DNA of 64,000 nt from a bacterium (GTDB taxonomy: Bacteria > Bdellovibrionota_C > UBA2361 > CALJRW01), in the NCBI GenBank assembly GCA_031385045.1, contig JANNBC010000052.1:117359-181358 (forward strand), in the 5' to 3' direction. A program made the translations under genes and the position numbers. Shown one piece after another: positions 10,069-20,040 of this stretch. The notes beneath the pieces are model-generated. The model was not told the origin of the DNA. It saw only the letters and a program-made list of their open reading frames with translations, and did not search any database. The first letter of the stretch is position 1, and each line of letters starts with the position of its first letter.

Positions 10069-10638
10069 ATGATTTTAAGACAGATTTTTATATTATTTAT
10101 CTTAGCTAGTGGATTATCCGCTGAGATTATTGAGCTTAAGGCTAAGATTAATTTCTTACCAGAGAAATCAATTGGGATTATTTTTAATCAGGCTGGGACT
10201 AAGTACTATAATGAGACTAACATTAATGAAATAAAAAGCGGTGAAACGATTGTTAGTTTCCGAGTTAATGAGTATCCAGAAGATTCCTTTGCCAGTGCTT
10301 TAGTTCTTGGGAAAGAAGGGGAAGTCGCTTTTGCGTCAGTTCAAAAATTAGCTAATTTACAAGATTCCGCAGTTATTAATTTGCCTGAGTGTCGCGAGCC
10401 ACTTTCAGAAGATTATACTCAGCAAAAAGGACTGCTAGAAGAGCTAGTTAAATTGCGAGTTCAAAGACAAGAGTTACAAAAATTAAAGTTAAAAGAATAT
10501 CTTAAGCCTGAGCTAGTTACAGAGTTAATTGCCTTGGAGAAGAAATATGGGATTCAAGAAATCGAGTTAATTACACCAAATACTCCGCCAGAAGTTCTTA
10601 ATCTTCGACTTTTTCGCTTAATTAATGCTATTAAATAG
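10069..10638 (+). CDS. Hypothetical exported protein
   Basis: Signal-peptide-like N terminus, coiled C-terminal part, 3-bp gap from the previous gene. Confidence 0.6.
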   Translation: MILRQIFILFILASGLSAEIIELKAKINFLPEKSIGIIFNQAGTKYYNETNINEIKSGETIVSFRVNEYPEDSFASALVLGKEGEVAFASVQKLANLQDSAVINLPECREPLSEDYTQQKGLLEELVKLRVQRQELQKLKLKEYLKPELVTELIALEKKYGIQEIELITPNTPPEVLNLRLFRLINAIK

Positions 10639-10640
10639 GG

Positions 10641-11585
10641 ATGACATTTCCCGATTTGCAGAGGATTAAAGATTCTCTAAGTTCCATATATCATTGTTTT
10701 GTATACTATTCTGAAGCTCCCGGAACTTTGCTGGAGGCATTACAAAAAGAACTTCCTGAAATTGCAGCTGATAGTTGGGAGGAAAGAATGTCCTGGGGTG
10801 GTGTGTACATTAATGGCAAGGTTGCCTATCAGGACGTTCCCTTAAAGACTCCGATGAAGTTGGAGTACTATCAACCAAAAGTTCCAGTTGACGAACAAGC
10901 TAATTATTATCCAAAGTTTTCTAAAGATTGGATAATTTATGAAGATCCAGATTTATTAGTTTGCTTTAAGCCAGCGGGACTTTCTTGTCAGAAAGCTAAA
11001 GAACAACAGAAGATTAGTTTATATCAGTATCTAAGTGATCATTATGGTCGACCAATTCATTTGCCGTCGCGCTTAGATTTTTCCACGTCCGGTTTAATTC
11101 TTTGTAGTCGTAATCCTGATACTCATGGGATTGTGCAGGAACTTTTTGTGAGTCGCCAGATTGTTAAGAAATATTTATTAAAAATTTCTCAGCCCGTTGA
11201 TTGGGAGGAGATTACTATTGAGCAAAGGATCGGACGAGATCCTCGGCATCCAGTATTGCGTAAAGTCGTAACGGATCGTGGGAAGCCGGCGCTTAGTGAA
11301 TTTAAGTTGTTAGAAAAGGGGGCTGATTATTCAGCAATTATTGCCAAGCCTTATACAGGACGAACGCATCAACTTAGAGTGCATGCAAAATATGGGCTAG
11401 GAAGTGCTATTGTGGGGGATAATTTCTATTCTGGAGAAGAGAGTGATGAGCTTAATCTTTGTAGTTACTACTTAAAATTTACTCATCCAATTACTAACGA
11501 GGAATTAGAATTTATATTACCTGAGAATCTTATCCCAAATTGGGCGAAACAGAGTTGGATAGAGAAAATCAGAGCTACGAGTTAA
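10641..11585 (+). CDS. RluA/RluD-family RNA pseudouridine synthase
   Basis: KPAGL, SRLDFSTSG (catalytic Asp), TGRTHQLRVH, IVGDNFY. Confidence 0.92.
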   Translation: MTFPDLQRIKDSLSSIYHCFVYYSEAPGTLLEALQKELPEIAADSWEERMSWGGVYINGKVAYQDVPLKTPMKLEYYQPKVPVDEQANYYPKFSKDWIIYEDPDLLVCFKPAGLSCQKAKEQQKISLYQYLSDHYGRPIHLPSRLDFSTSGLILCSRNPDTHGIVQELFVSRQIVKKYLLKISQPVDWEEITIEQRIGRDPRHPVLRKVVTDRGKPALSEFKLLEKGADYSAIIAKPYTGRTHQLRVHAKYGLGSAIVGDNFYSGEESDELNLCSYYLKFTHPITNEELEFILPENLIPNWAKQSWIEKIRATS

Positions 11586-11881
11586 GCAGCTTTTTTAGAT
11601 TTCAATTCCTTTAAGTTCTTTTGTATTTGATCCAACTTTGTTTTTAAATCCTTTCGATTGTAGCCATTAGGAAATAAAATAAAGGAAGGGGAAACACCTA
11701 AAGCAGTCGCTAATATTATAGCTCTCTCCTCGCCAATTTTGGAAATGTCTCGTTCTATATTTGAAAGGTTTGGTATGGCCATACTAACAATGTTAGCCAA
11801 GGTTGATTGGCTCCACCCCTTTTTCTCGCGTAATTCGCGTACGACTTGTCCTGGCGTTAAAATGATATGTTGAGTAGTCAT
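11582..11881 (-). CDS. XRE/HigA-like HTH antitoxin
   Basis: LREKKGWSQSTLA...LSNIE Cro/C1 HTH, downstream of a RelE-like toxin. Confidence 0.8.
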   Translation of the reverse strand: MTTQHIILTPGQVVRELREKKGWSQSTLANIVSMAIPNLSNIERDISKIGEERAIILATALGVSPSFILFPNGYNRKDLKTKLDQIQKNLKELKSKKAA

Positions 11882-11889
11882 ATTTATTC

Positions 11890-12177
11890 TTAATATTTAT
11901 GGGGTGTGATTTTTAAGATGTTAATCACAGTAACTTTACTCTCCTGATCAACTGAATAAATTACCCTCCATTGTTTGTTCAGTCGACTTGAGCGATAGTC
12001 TGCTAATTCTCCTTGCAGTTTTTCATCGTGGTATCCTGGGAAATCTAATAATATCGAGTGACCATGTTCAACGAGCAAATTGCACCAAATCTGATATTTT
12101 TTTATTAAATAATTTGGCATCCTTTTAATTTGCTTAAGAGAAGTCTTAGACTCAACTATTATTGTATCTTTAGTCAT
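11890..12177 (-). CDS. RelE/HigB-family mRNA interferase toxin
   Basis: YHDEKLQG...RSSRLNKQWRVIY...ITPHKY; toxin-first gene order. Confidence 0.8.
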   Translation of the reverse strand: MTKDTIIVESKTSLKQIKRMPNYLIKKYQIWCNLLVEHGHSILLDFPGYHDEKLQGELADYRSSRLNKQWRVIYSVDQESKVTVINILKITPHKY

Positions 12178-12193
12178 CTTAGCAGATTTAATT

Positions 12194-12225
12194 TTATATT
12201 AAAATATAATTATACTAAAGTATAA
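12194..12225. promoter_or_regulatory. Tandem palindromic operator upstream of the higBA-like pair
   Basis: Two abutting 16-mers, TTATATT-AA-AATATAA and TTATACT-AA-AGTATAA. Confidence 0.6.
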
Positions 12226-12517
12226 TAACTGTTCTACTCGGGTAATCTTTAGAAAATCAATATCGAAAAGAAAATGAAATTATTGTCCCTTACCTTGATT
12301 TAAAAATTTGATAGCAAGGGAAAAGGAGCTCTAGGGTGTTTAGGGAATTATTTCATTATTGATAAAAACATAGTAATTTCAACCTATTATTTGATTAAGG
12401 CGGTAGATTAATTGTTAAGTTTTAGTCCTTTTGTCTGATTTCCAAATTCTGGTAAAAACTCCTAAAATCGCCTATAAAATCCTACTCTAAATATTTTGTA
12501 ATTTACTGTTTGATCTT

Positions 12518-13912
12518 ATGACAATCGAAAATAAAGATTTAATCGTTCTTGGTGCTGGCCCTGGTGGTTACACTGCGGCAATTCGCGCTTCACAGTTAGG
12601 AAGAAAAGTTACCTTGATTGAAAAAGAAGCTCTTGGTGGTGTCTGTTTAAATTGGGGATGTATCCCATCTAAAGCCTTACTTCGCACAGCTCAGTTATAT
12701 ACAGATTTTAAACATGCCAAAGATTTTGGAATTAGCGTTGAGAATTTAAAATTTGATTTCTCGGCAATTATTGGGCGTTCTCGTGAAGTTGCCGCTAAGC
12801 TTAACGGTGGTGTTAAGTACCTAATGGGTAAGAATAAAGTTGAAACTATTTTTGGTACTGGGAAAATTTTACCTGGAAAAATTTTAGAAGTTAAAAGTTC
12901 TGAAGGAACTAAACAGTACAGCTTTAAAGATATTATTATTGCGACTGGTGGATCTCCTAGAACTATTCCTGGAGTGGAAATTGACGGGGAAGTGTTTCAC
13001 ACATCTAGAACAATCTTAGAAAATAAAAGATTACCACAGAAAATGTTAGTAGTTGGTGCTGGCGCCATTGGGATTGAGTTCGCTTATTTCTTTAATGCCT
13101 TAGGTGTTCAAGTAACTGTAGCGGAGATGATGGATCAGATTTTGCCTCCAGAGGACACTGAAATTTCTAATGCCCTACAGAAAGTGCTTGTTAAGAATGG
13201 TATGATTATTAAAACTGGTGTGAAGATTGAGAATCTTAAGAAAGCGGGTAAGACGGTTACTGCTAGTATCATGAGTAACGGCCAAGAAGAGAAATGGAGT
13301 GGTGATTGTTGTTTAATTGCCGTTGGTGTTTTAGCTAATACTACAAATATTGGTTTGGAAGAAGTCGGCATCAAGACTGATCGCGGATTTATTAAAGTTG
13401 ATGGCTTCTTACAAACAAGCGTTCCAAATCACTTTGCAATTGGTGATATTATTGGGCCACCGCAATTAGCACACAAAGCTAGTCATGAAGGGATTATCGC
13501 GGCCGAAGCTGCTTCTGGAGTCGCTGAACATCCTATGGATTATTCTAATATTCCTGGTTGTACTTATTGCCAACCTCAAGTTGCTTCAGTTGGGTTAACT
13601 GAGCGTGCAGTTAAGGAAAAAGGTATCGAGTATAATGTTGGAAAAATGCCATTCTCCGCAATCGGTAAAGCAATTGCCATTGGTGAAACTGATGGAATGG
13701 TTAAAGTTATTACTGATAAAACTACTGGAGAAGTTTTGGGAGTTCATATTCTGCATAGCGAAGCTACGGAGATGATTTCTGAAGCGGCAATTATTCGTTC
13801 GCATGAAGGTATTGCTGCCAGTGTTATTGAAACTATCCATCCGCACCCAACACTGGGAGAAGCCTTGATGGAAGCGATGGCGATAGCTGAAGGAAGACCG
13901 ATCAACTTCTAA
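12518..13912 (+). CDS. lpdA: Dihydrolipoyl dehydrogenase (E3)
   Basis: GAGPGGY, GGVCLNWGCIPSK, HPHPTLGE. Confidence 0.97.
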   Translation: MTIENKDLIVLGAGPGGYTAAIRASQLGRKVTLIEKEALGGVCLNWGCIPSKALLRTAQLYTDFKHAKDFGISVENLKFDFSAIIGRSREVAAKLNGGVKYLMGKNKVETIFGTGKILPGKILEVKSSEGTKQYSFKDIIIATGGSPRTIPGVEIDGEVFHTSRTILENKRLPQKMLVVGAGAIGIEFAYFFNALGVQVTVAEMMDQILPPEDTEISNALQKVLVKNGMIIKTGVKIENLKKAGKTVTASIMSNGQEEKWSGDCCLIAVGVLANTTNIGLEEVGIKTDRGFIKVDGFLQTSVPNHFAIGDIIGPPQLAHKASHEGIIAAEAASGVAEHPMDYSNIPGCTYCQPQVASVGLTERAVKEKGIEYNVGKMPFSAIGKAIAIGETDGMVKVITDKTTGEVLGVHILHSEATEMISEAAIIRSHEGIAASVIETIHPHPTLGEALMEAMAIAEGRPINF

Positions 13913-14001
13913 GAGTGATTGAAAATCACTCTTAGAAGTTGTCACGCCAAAGCCACAATCACCGAGAGGAAACTGTTTGGTGGTTGATGGCGACGGCGGA
14001 T
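13903..14001. repeat. Perfect 18-bp hairpin over the lpdA stop followed by a REP-like element (cgccaaagcc...ggcgacggcggat)
   Basis: caacttctaagagtgatt-gaa-aatcactcttagaagttg; the same layout recurs at 46219-46318. Confidence 0.65.
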
Positions 14002-14035
14002 CGTCTGGAACAACAAGATTTTAGTTAGCAATCAA

Positions 14036-14707
14036 ATGATTAAAATCCTCCCCCTAGGCCTCAAAGACTACAAAGAAACCCGTGATCTCCAAAAAGATCT
14101 CCAACAAAAACTAATCGCTGGTGATCCTGACGACTATCTGATTCTCTGTTCACATCCTGCTGTTATTACTCGCGGTAAAAGTTCCAAGGTAAACCAAGTC
14201 CTTGCTACAGAAGAGGAATTACAAAATCAAGAAATTTCAGTCTTAGAAGTTGAGCGAGGAGGAGAGACTACTTATCACGATCCTGGGCAAATTATTCTTT
14301 ATCCAATTATTAATCTGAGTCGCTACAAAAAAGATGTTGCTTGGTATTTAAGACAACTAGAAGAAGTGATTATTCTTAGCTTACAAGAATACGGAGTTCG
14401 CGGGGTACGGATACAAGGCAAAACAGGAGTCTGGATTACTTCGGGTACAAAAGATTCTGATCGTAAAATTGCTTCATTGGGAGTGCGGATCTCTCGTTGG
14501 TGCACGATGCACGGCCTAGCTGTAAATATTTATAACGCCGAGAATTTCAAATGGATTGTTCCTTGTGGATTAGAAGGGGTGCAAATGACTGATCTGCTGA
14601 CTGAAACTAGAGTTGATTCCAAGTTGTCAGCGGAACTTTTTGCTAAATTTCAAGAGAAGCTTGTCGCTAATTTTCAAAGAGTTTTTGCAGAGGATTCTTC
14701 CTTCTAG
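14036..14707 (+). CDS. lipB: Lipoyl(octanoyl) transferase
   Basis: HPAVITRG, RGGETTYHDPGQ, KIASLG, HGLAVN, IVPCG. Confidence 0.95.
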   Translation: MIKILPLGLKDYKETRDLQKDLQQKLIAGDPDDYLILCSHPAVITRGKSSKVNQVLATEEELQNQEISVLEVERGGETTYHDPGQIILYPIINLSRYKKDVAWYLRQLEEVIILSLQEYGVRGVRIQGKTGVWITSGTKDSDRKIASLGVRISRWCTMHGLAVNIYNAENFKWIVPCGLEGVQMTDLLTETRVDSKLSAELFAKFQEKLVANFQRVFAEDSSF

Positions 14708-14713
14708 CCGTGA

Positions 14714-15079
14714 ATATCTTTTAATACCACAAAGGTAGTTTCTTTCTGGGGTGGCAATATTAGTGGCAAATATCAAGGGCGTGATGTACTTTGCTATGCT
14801 GATCCTAACAGAATGCAGTTATTCATGAGTTCCAAAATAAGTGACAGCAAGAAGTTGAGCTCAAATAATATTAGATTTGCTTTGCCAAGTTTTTGGCCTA
14901 AAGTTACTAATGATTGCAAATGTAAAGATGGAATTGTTTATTACAATACCTTCGGTTGGCGTTGCTACAATTTTTATCTCCAACAGATATCTCCCAAAGA
15001 GTTCCGTGAAATACTAAATAAGATGTCACTAGCTGCAGAATTATTTACAAGTAATGGGCATAATGAATCTCAACTTTAA
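14714..15079 (+). pseudogene. Truncated paralog of 15143-15703
   Basis: The in-frame region upstream of ATG 14813 reads FWGGNISGKYQGRDVLCY, matching the paralog's FWGGSIRGKYQGREVLCY. It lacks a start codon and both TM segments. Confidence 0.7.
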
Positions 15080-15142
15080 TATCTACTTAACGGAAGTAAT
15101 TGTTTTTGGTATGCTTTAAGTAGCTTTTATCAAAATGAATTT

Positions 15143-15703
15143 ATGTCTAATATCGTTTTTCCTATTCTTATAGCCATACTTGGACTTAATGTTTTTATTT
15201 ATTTCAAACGAAAACAGAATCTAAATACTTTAATGGAACAGTTAGAGAACCCAATTCAGAGTGGAAGTTTATTTTGGGGTGGAAGTATTAGGGGTAAGTA
15301 TCAAGGTCGGGAAGTCTTATGTTATTCACATAGTAAGGCAACACAGTTATTTATGAATATTAGCTTTAATGTAAATCCTAATCTGAGTACAAAAAGTGTA
15401 ATGTTTTCTTTGCCATCTTTTTGGCCAAAAGTTTCTAAGGATTGTCATTATAAAGACGGACGTCTTTACTATGCAGGCTTTGGTATTTATGGACTAAGTT
15501 TCTACTATCGACAAATGTCAGCGAGTGAGTTCCGTGAAGTTTTAAATAAGATGGCTCGTTCTGCAGAAATTGTTGTGAAAGATGGGGAGGGTAGTAGCTA
15601 TTCCTTAATCTCCAAAGAGAATTTCAACTTTAGGCTTTTATTAATTCCAGTAGTAGTATTTCTTATGGGAATTGTTGTTTTTCTGAAATTTCTAAACACT
15701 TAA
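15143..15703 (+). CDS. Hypothetical membrane protein with N- and C-terminal TM helices
   Basis: 186-aa ORF with an adjacent paralogous fragment. Confidence 0.7.
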   Translation: MSNIVFPILIAILGLNVFIYFKRKQNLNTLMEQLENPIQSGSLFWGGSIRGKYQGREVLCYSHSKATQLFMNISFNVNPNLSTKSVMFSLPSFWPKVSKDCHYKDGRLYYAGFGIYGLSFYYRQMSASEFREVLNKMARSAEIVVKDGEGSSYSLISKENFNFRLLLIPVVVFLMGIVVFLKFLNT

Positions 15704-15961
15704 GGAAATTTGAGTTCCTGAGGAGCTTGTGCCAAGAATTGAAAAACTTTCCAGGAGTGGACGCTTGGAGGATTGACTTTCGCTTAAATTTACCACTCTC
15801 CCATCATTTTTATGCCAGCTTTCTTATCATATACCTTTCAAATCATCGAGTTTTACTAACTGCAGACAGGCATAATCTCCCGATTTGGAGAGCTTGAGGA
15901 TTCTCTTCATAACTGATAATTTACCCTCCTAAATAGGTCTAACTAATTATTTATAGAAAAA

Positions 15962-17287
15962 ATGAAAATCGACATGTTAATGCCCCAGATGGGCGAGTCA
16001 ATCACAGAAGCAACTATTTCTAAATGGGTTAAAAAAGCTGGTGACTTTGTTAATAAAGACGAAACAATCTTAGAGATTACAACCGATAAAGTTGACTCCG
16101 AAATTCCAGCACCTGCTTCTGGTATTTTAACAGAAGTTTTGTACGCCGAAGGGGATGTCGTCCCTGTTAAAAATAAAATTGCTGTAATTGATTCAGAAGG
16201 TAAGGCAGTAATAGCACCTGTTGATAAAAATATTACTGTTGAAAACAATGTTGCTGAACCTAAAAAAGTAGAAGCAGAGCCATTAGCGAGTAAGCCAGTC
16301 GTGATTGATGTGACTGAAGAGTCTGGTGATTCTAAGTTCTATTCTCCATTAGTAAAAAGTTTAGCAGCTAAACATAATTTAAGTACGCCAGAGTTAGATT
16401 CGCTTCGTGGATCGGGCACCGCAGGTAGAGTTACAAAAGAAGACATTCTTGATTATGTTGAGCGAAAAGCTAAACCACAAGTAGCAGCACCAGTTGTGAC
16501 GCCAGTCTCAGCTCCGTCAACTCCAGTTACTCCAAAACCAGCAGTTTCAGCTAAGGCTGATTTGCCAACTAATCAATGGTTACCAGATGGCACTAAGCGA
16601 GTTCCAATGGATGGAATGAGACGAGCAATTGCTGATCACATGGTTAGGTCTAAACATACTAGTCCTCACGTTTACACTATACAGGAAGCTGATGTTAGTA
16701 AAATTTCTAAGTGGAGAGCAATTCATAAAGATGAATTTAAAAAGCGCGAAGGTTTTGGGTTAAGTTTTACTCCGTTCTTTTTAGAAGCAGCGGTAAAAGC
16801 CTTACAAGAGTTTCCTATTGTTAATGCTAGCATTGATGAGAAGACTATTGTTTATAAAAAAGATGTAAACTTAGGTTGCGCAGTTTCTATCGGTAACACA
16901 GGTTTAATCGTTCCAGTTATTAAAAAAGCTGATGAGCGTAACTTAGTAGGTTTAGCTCGCGGGCTTAATGACTTAGCTTTAAAAGCTAGAGATAAAAAAC
17001 TTACTCCAGATGAAGTTTCTGGTGGAACCTTTACAGTTACCAATCCGGGAGTTTTTGGTACGATGATTGGAACTCCAATTATTAACCAACCACAATCTGC
17101 AATTCTATGTTTAGGAGCGATTGAGAAACGTCCAGTTGTTGTTGATGATATGATTGCCATTCGGGAGCGTTGTTACATCACGCTATCTTACGATCACCGA
17201 ATTATTGATGGAGCAATTAGCGCGCAGTACTTGGCATTTATTTGCAATTACTTAGCTAATTGGGACATGGATCGCGGACTTTTTTAG
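15962..17287 (+). CDS. 2-oxoacid dehydrogenase E2 (dihydrolipoamide acyltransferase)
   Basis: Lipoyl domain TDKVDSE, E3-binding GTAGRVTKED, catalytic DHRIIDG. Confidence 0.95.
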   Translation: MKIDMLMPQMGESITEATISKWVKKAGDFVNKDETILEITTDKVDSEIPAPASGILTEVLYAEGDVVPVKNKIAVIDSEGKAVIAPVDKNITVENNVAEPKKVEAEPLASKPVVIDVTEESGDSKFYSPLVKSLAAKHNLSTPELDSLRGSGTAGRVTKEDILDYVERKAKPQVAAPVVTPVSAPSTPVTPKPAVSAKADLPTNQWLPDGTKRVPMDGMRRAIADHMVRSKHTSPHVYTIQEADVSKISKWRAIHKDEFKKREGFGLSFTPFFLEAAVKALQEFPIVNASIDEKTIVYKKDVNLGCAVSIGNTGLIVPVIKKADERNLVGLARGLNDLALKARDKKLTPDEVSGGTFTVTNPGVFGTMIGTPIINQPQSAILCLGAIEKRPVVVDDMIAIRERCYITLSYDHRIIDGAISAQYLAFICNYLANWDMDRGLF

Positions 17288-17317
17288 TCAACAAAATTTT
17301 AACATTTAAAGATCACA

Positions 17318-17869
17318 TTGAGAGTAATCGCTGGAATAGCTAAAGGTCGTCGTCTGGAATCAGCAGTGGGAGACGAGACTCGTCCCATCACTGATCGAGT
17401 GAAGGAAGCATTGTTTAATATCTTACTGCCGCATTTAGAGGATGCGGTCTTCTTGGATCTTTTTGCAGGTACTGGTTCTGTTGGTATTGAAGCCTTAAGC
17501 CGAGGAGCTGCTAAGTGTTACTTTCTAGAGATTAATCGCAAGGCTTATGATGCCTGTCGAAAAAACATTGATCATTGTGGATTTTCTGGGCAGGGTGAGT
17601 TGCGGAATGCCGATGCCATCGCTTATTTAAAGTCAGCTAAAAAATCATTCGATGTAATTTTTATTGATCCACCACAGTTTAAGAATATGTGGTTAGAAGT
17701 TTTAAAGCTGATTGCTGAGCGACCAAATCTTTTAAATAATGAGGCGATGGTGATTGTTAAGATCCATCCTAAAGAATACGAAGAGTTCTCTTCTTCTACG
17801 CTAGAGGAGTATCGTGTTAGTAAGTATGGTAATAACACTTTAGTGTTTTACCGTTTAAAATCCCATTAA
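17318..17869 (+). CDS. rsmD: 16S rRNA m2G966 methyltransferase
   Basis: MRVIAG, TRPITDRVKEALFN, LDLFAGTG, DPP. Confidence 0.92.
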   Translation: MRVIAGIAKGRRLESAVGDETRPITDRVKEALFNILLPHLEDAVFLDLFAGTGSVGIEALSRGAAKCYFLEINRKAYDACRKNIDHCGFSGQGELRNADAIAYLKSAKKSFDVIFIDPPQFKNMWLEVLKLIAERPNLLNNEAMVIVKIHPKEYEEFSSSTLEEYRVSKYGNNTLVFYRLKSH

Positions 17870-18447
17870 GATCGTTTCTTAAGTCTTGCTTGCAGGCCAT
17901 TAATTACTGCATCCGCAAGATTATTATCTTCCCAATATCCAGGATCTGTTGCTAGATCAGCAATCTGAGCGGATGATAAAAGTCGATCTTGTCCATCTTT
18001 TAATCCTAATTTGCTCATTGCAGTAATTAGTAGCTCACTGATATCTTCAGGTTTTACAGTTAATGCTGCGATAACGGCTAAGCGTCTTACTTGCATTTCT
18101 GGTGTGAAGACTGGAGCTGGTGGTAAAACTACAATTTCTTGTAATGCTTGAGGTTCTTGGACGACAGGCTCCTGTCTAATTTGCTTAGGTAGTGCATTAT
18201 ATCTTGTCAGCAACGCTGGTGGAATAGTTGGATCGGTACTTTGGAGGTTTTGAATAACTTGAATACCTTGATTTGGTAAATAAAACCTAGCTTTGATCAG
18301 TTCGCTAGATGTTCTAGTCGCTCTAAGCGCTGGGCTTAAATTCGCTATTTCTATTAGGCTTGGGTCATTAGTAACCGCAGCAAGCATGGTAATAATTTCA
18401 GCTAATTTAGGATTGATTGCAGTGGCTAGTGGCGCAGCTTGAGACAT
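17866..18447 (-). CDS. Hypothetical protein
   Basis: 193-aa ORF preceded by an AAGGAG RBS. Confidence 0.6.
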   Translation of the reverse strand: MSQAAPLATAINPKLAEIITMLAAVTNDPSLIEIANLSPALRATRTSSELIKARFYLPNQGIQVIQNLQSTDPTIPPALLTRYNALPKQIRQEPVVQEPQALQEIVVLPPAPVFTPEMQVRRLAVIAALTVKPEDISELLITAMSKLGLKDGQDRLLSSAQIADLATDPGYWEDNNLADAVINGLQARLKKRS

Positions 18448-18493
18448 CTAATACTCCTTGAAAGATAATTCCAGCAAGGAGTATAAGGAGATC

Positions 18494-20020
18494 TTAATTG
18501 CTAAGCAAACTTCTGCCAGTCATTACTGTTGGTTGTTTAAGCCCCATTAGTTCTAACACTGTTGGCGCAACATCGGCTAAGCAAGCATCCGCTAACTGCT
18601 TAATATTTCTATTAGTATTAAATAAAATTATTGGAACTGGGAAAGTTGTATGGGCAGTGTGTGGGCTACCATCAGCCTTAATCATTTGCTCGGCATTTCC
18701 ATGGTCAGCAATGATCACAGCCTGTCCGTCCTTGGCTTTGAGACTAATTAAAATTTCACCAAGACAACCATCCACATACTCCACAGCTTTGATTGCAGCT
18801 TCCATAACTCCAGTGTGTCCCACCATGTCGCAGTTAGCAAAGTTTACTACAATTAGATCGTAATTTGCACTTTCGATGGCATTTAAAACTGCTTCCATGA
18901 CTTCATGTGCGCTCATTTCTGGTTTTAGGTCGTAAGTCTTTACATCTCTTGGCGATGGCTGTAGCGAGCGATATTCTTCTTTATTTACTTCATCAGATAG
19001 TCCATTAAAGAAATAAGTAACATGAGGATATTTTTCTGTCTCAGCAATTCTAATTTGTTTACCGCCAGCATCAGCCACAACTTCTCCTAAGCTTTTAGTA
19101 ATATGTGTTTGCTCAAATAAATAGTTGAGTCCAAAATCTTTTTCATAGTCAGTAAAGCAAAGAAGATGATTCTTTTGTGGTAAAGAATTCTCTCTAGCAA
19201 AGCCAGTAAAGTCTTCTAAGCAAATAGCACTCACTAGTTGACGCATTCGATCTGCTCGGAAGTTCCAAAATAGCACGGCACTATCAGCGGCAATGCTTGG
19301 AGCATTATTAATAATTGCTGGCTCGATAAATTCATCAAAAATATTTTGACTGTAAGAAGTCTGGATATAATCGGAGGCTTTTTTAGCTTCTTGTCCTTCA
19401 CCACAAACATAACAACGATAAGCTTTCTCCGTTCTATCCCAGCGCATATCGCGATCCATGCTATGATAACGTCCACAGACTGAAGCAATTTGAACTTGAT
19501 CCTGGTTTCTTAATAGATCTTCTAATTCTCTTACTTGATCTAGTGATCTAGTAGGAGAGACATCCCGTCCGTCCGTAATTAGATGTAAATAAATTTTACC
19601 TTTAAATTCATCTTTTAGAATTTCAATTAACTGAATTAAATGATCTTTATTAGAATGAACTCCGCCATCGCTAAAGAGTCCAACTAGGTGAATATCGCGA
19701 CAAGTAAGTAAGCCTTCCGAGAACTTTTGATAATTAGCATTGGTGCTGAGGTATTCGCGGTTAAGTCTTCTTGCAATTAAGACTAGCCATTGTTCTACCA
19801 CTCGTCCGGCACCCATATTTAAATGTCCGACTTCGGAGTTGCCCATTTGGCCGGCAGGTAGTCCAACTAACTCACCATGAGTTGTGAGAGTTGAGTGGGG
19901 CGCGCTTTTAAATAATTCATCCAAAGTTGGCGTATTGGCTGCGGCAACAGCATTGCCGTATGTACTTGGGTTTAGTCCTAGCCCATCAAGAACGCAAAGT
20001 AAGGTAGTTTTTTTCATCAT
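18494..20020 (-). CDS. gpmI: 2,3-bisphosphoglycerate-independent phosphoglycerate mutase
   Basis: LDG, GQMGNSEVGH, AETEKYPHVTYFF, DMVGHTG, ADHGNAE. Confidence 0.97.
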   Translation of the reverse strand: MMKKTTLLCVLDGLGLNPSTYGNAVAAANTPTLDELFKSAPHSTLTTHGELVGLPAGQMGNSEVGHLNMGAGRVVEQWLVLIARRLNREYLSTNANYQKFSEGLLTCRDIHLVGLFSDGGVHSNKDHLIQLIEILKDEFKGKIYLHLITDGRDVSPTRSLDQVRELEDLLRNQDQVQIASVCGRYHSMDRDMRWDRTEKAYRCYVCGEGQEAKKASDYIQTSYSQNIFDEFIEPAIINNAPSIAADSAVLFWNFRADRMRQLVSAICLEDFTGFARENSLPQKNHLLCFTDYEKDFGLNYLFEQTHITKSLGEVVADAGGKQIRIAETEKYPHVTYFFNGLSDEVNKEEYRSLQPSPRDVKTYDLKPEMSAHEVMEAVLNAIESANYDLIVVNFANCDMVGHTGVMEAAIKAVEYVDGCLGEILISLKAKDGQAVIIADHGNAEQMIKADGSPHTAHTTFPVPIILFNTNRNIKQLADACLADVAPTVLELMGLKQPTVMTGRSLLSN

Positions 20021-20040
20021 TAGTATTTTAAAATTAAGTC

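Noticed and set aside
13135..13945. Short antisense ORFs inside lpdA (likewise inside E2, gpmI, hppA, groL, prfA, tadG and the 1030-aa gene)
   Set aside because: They are fully nested opposite well-supported genes and have no motifs.
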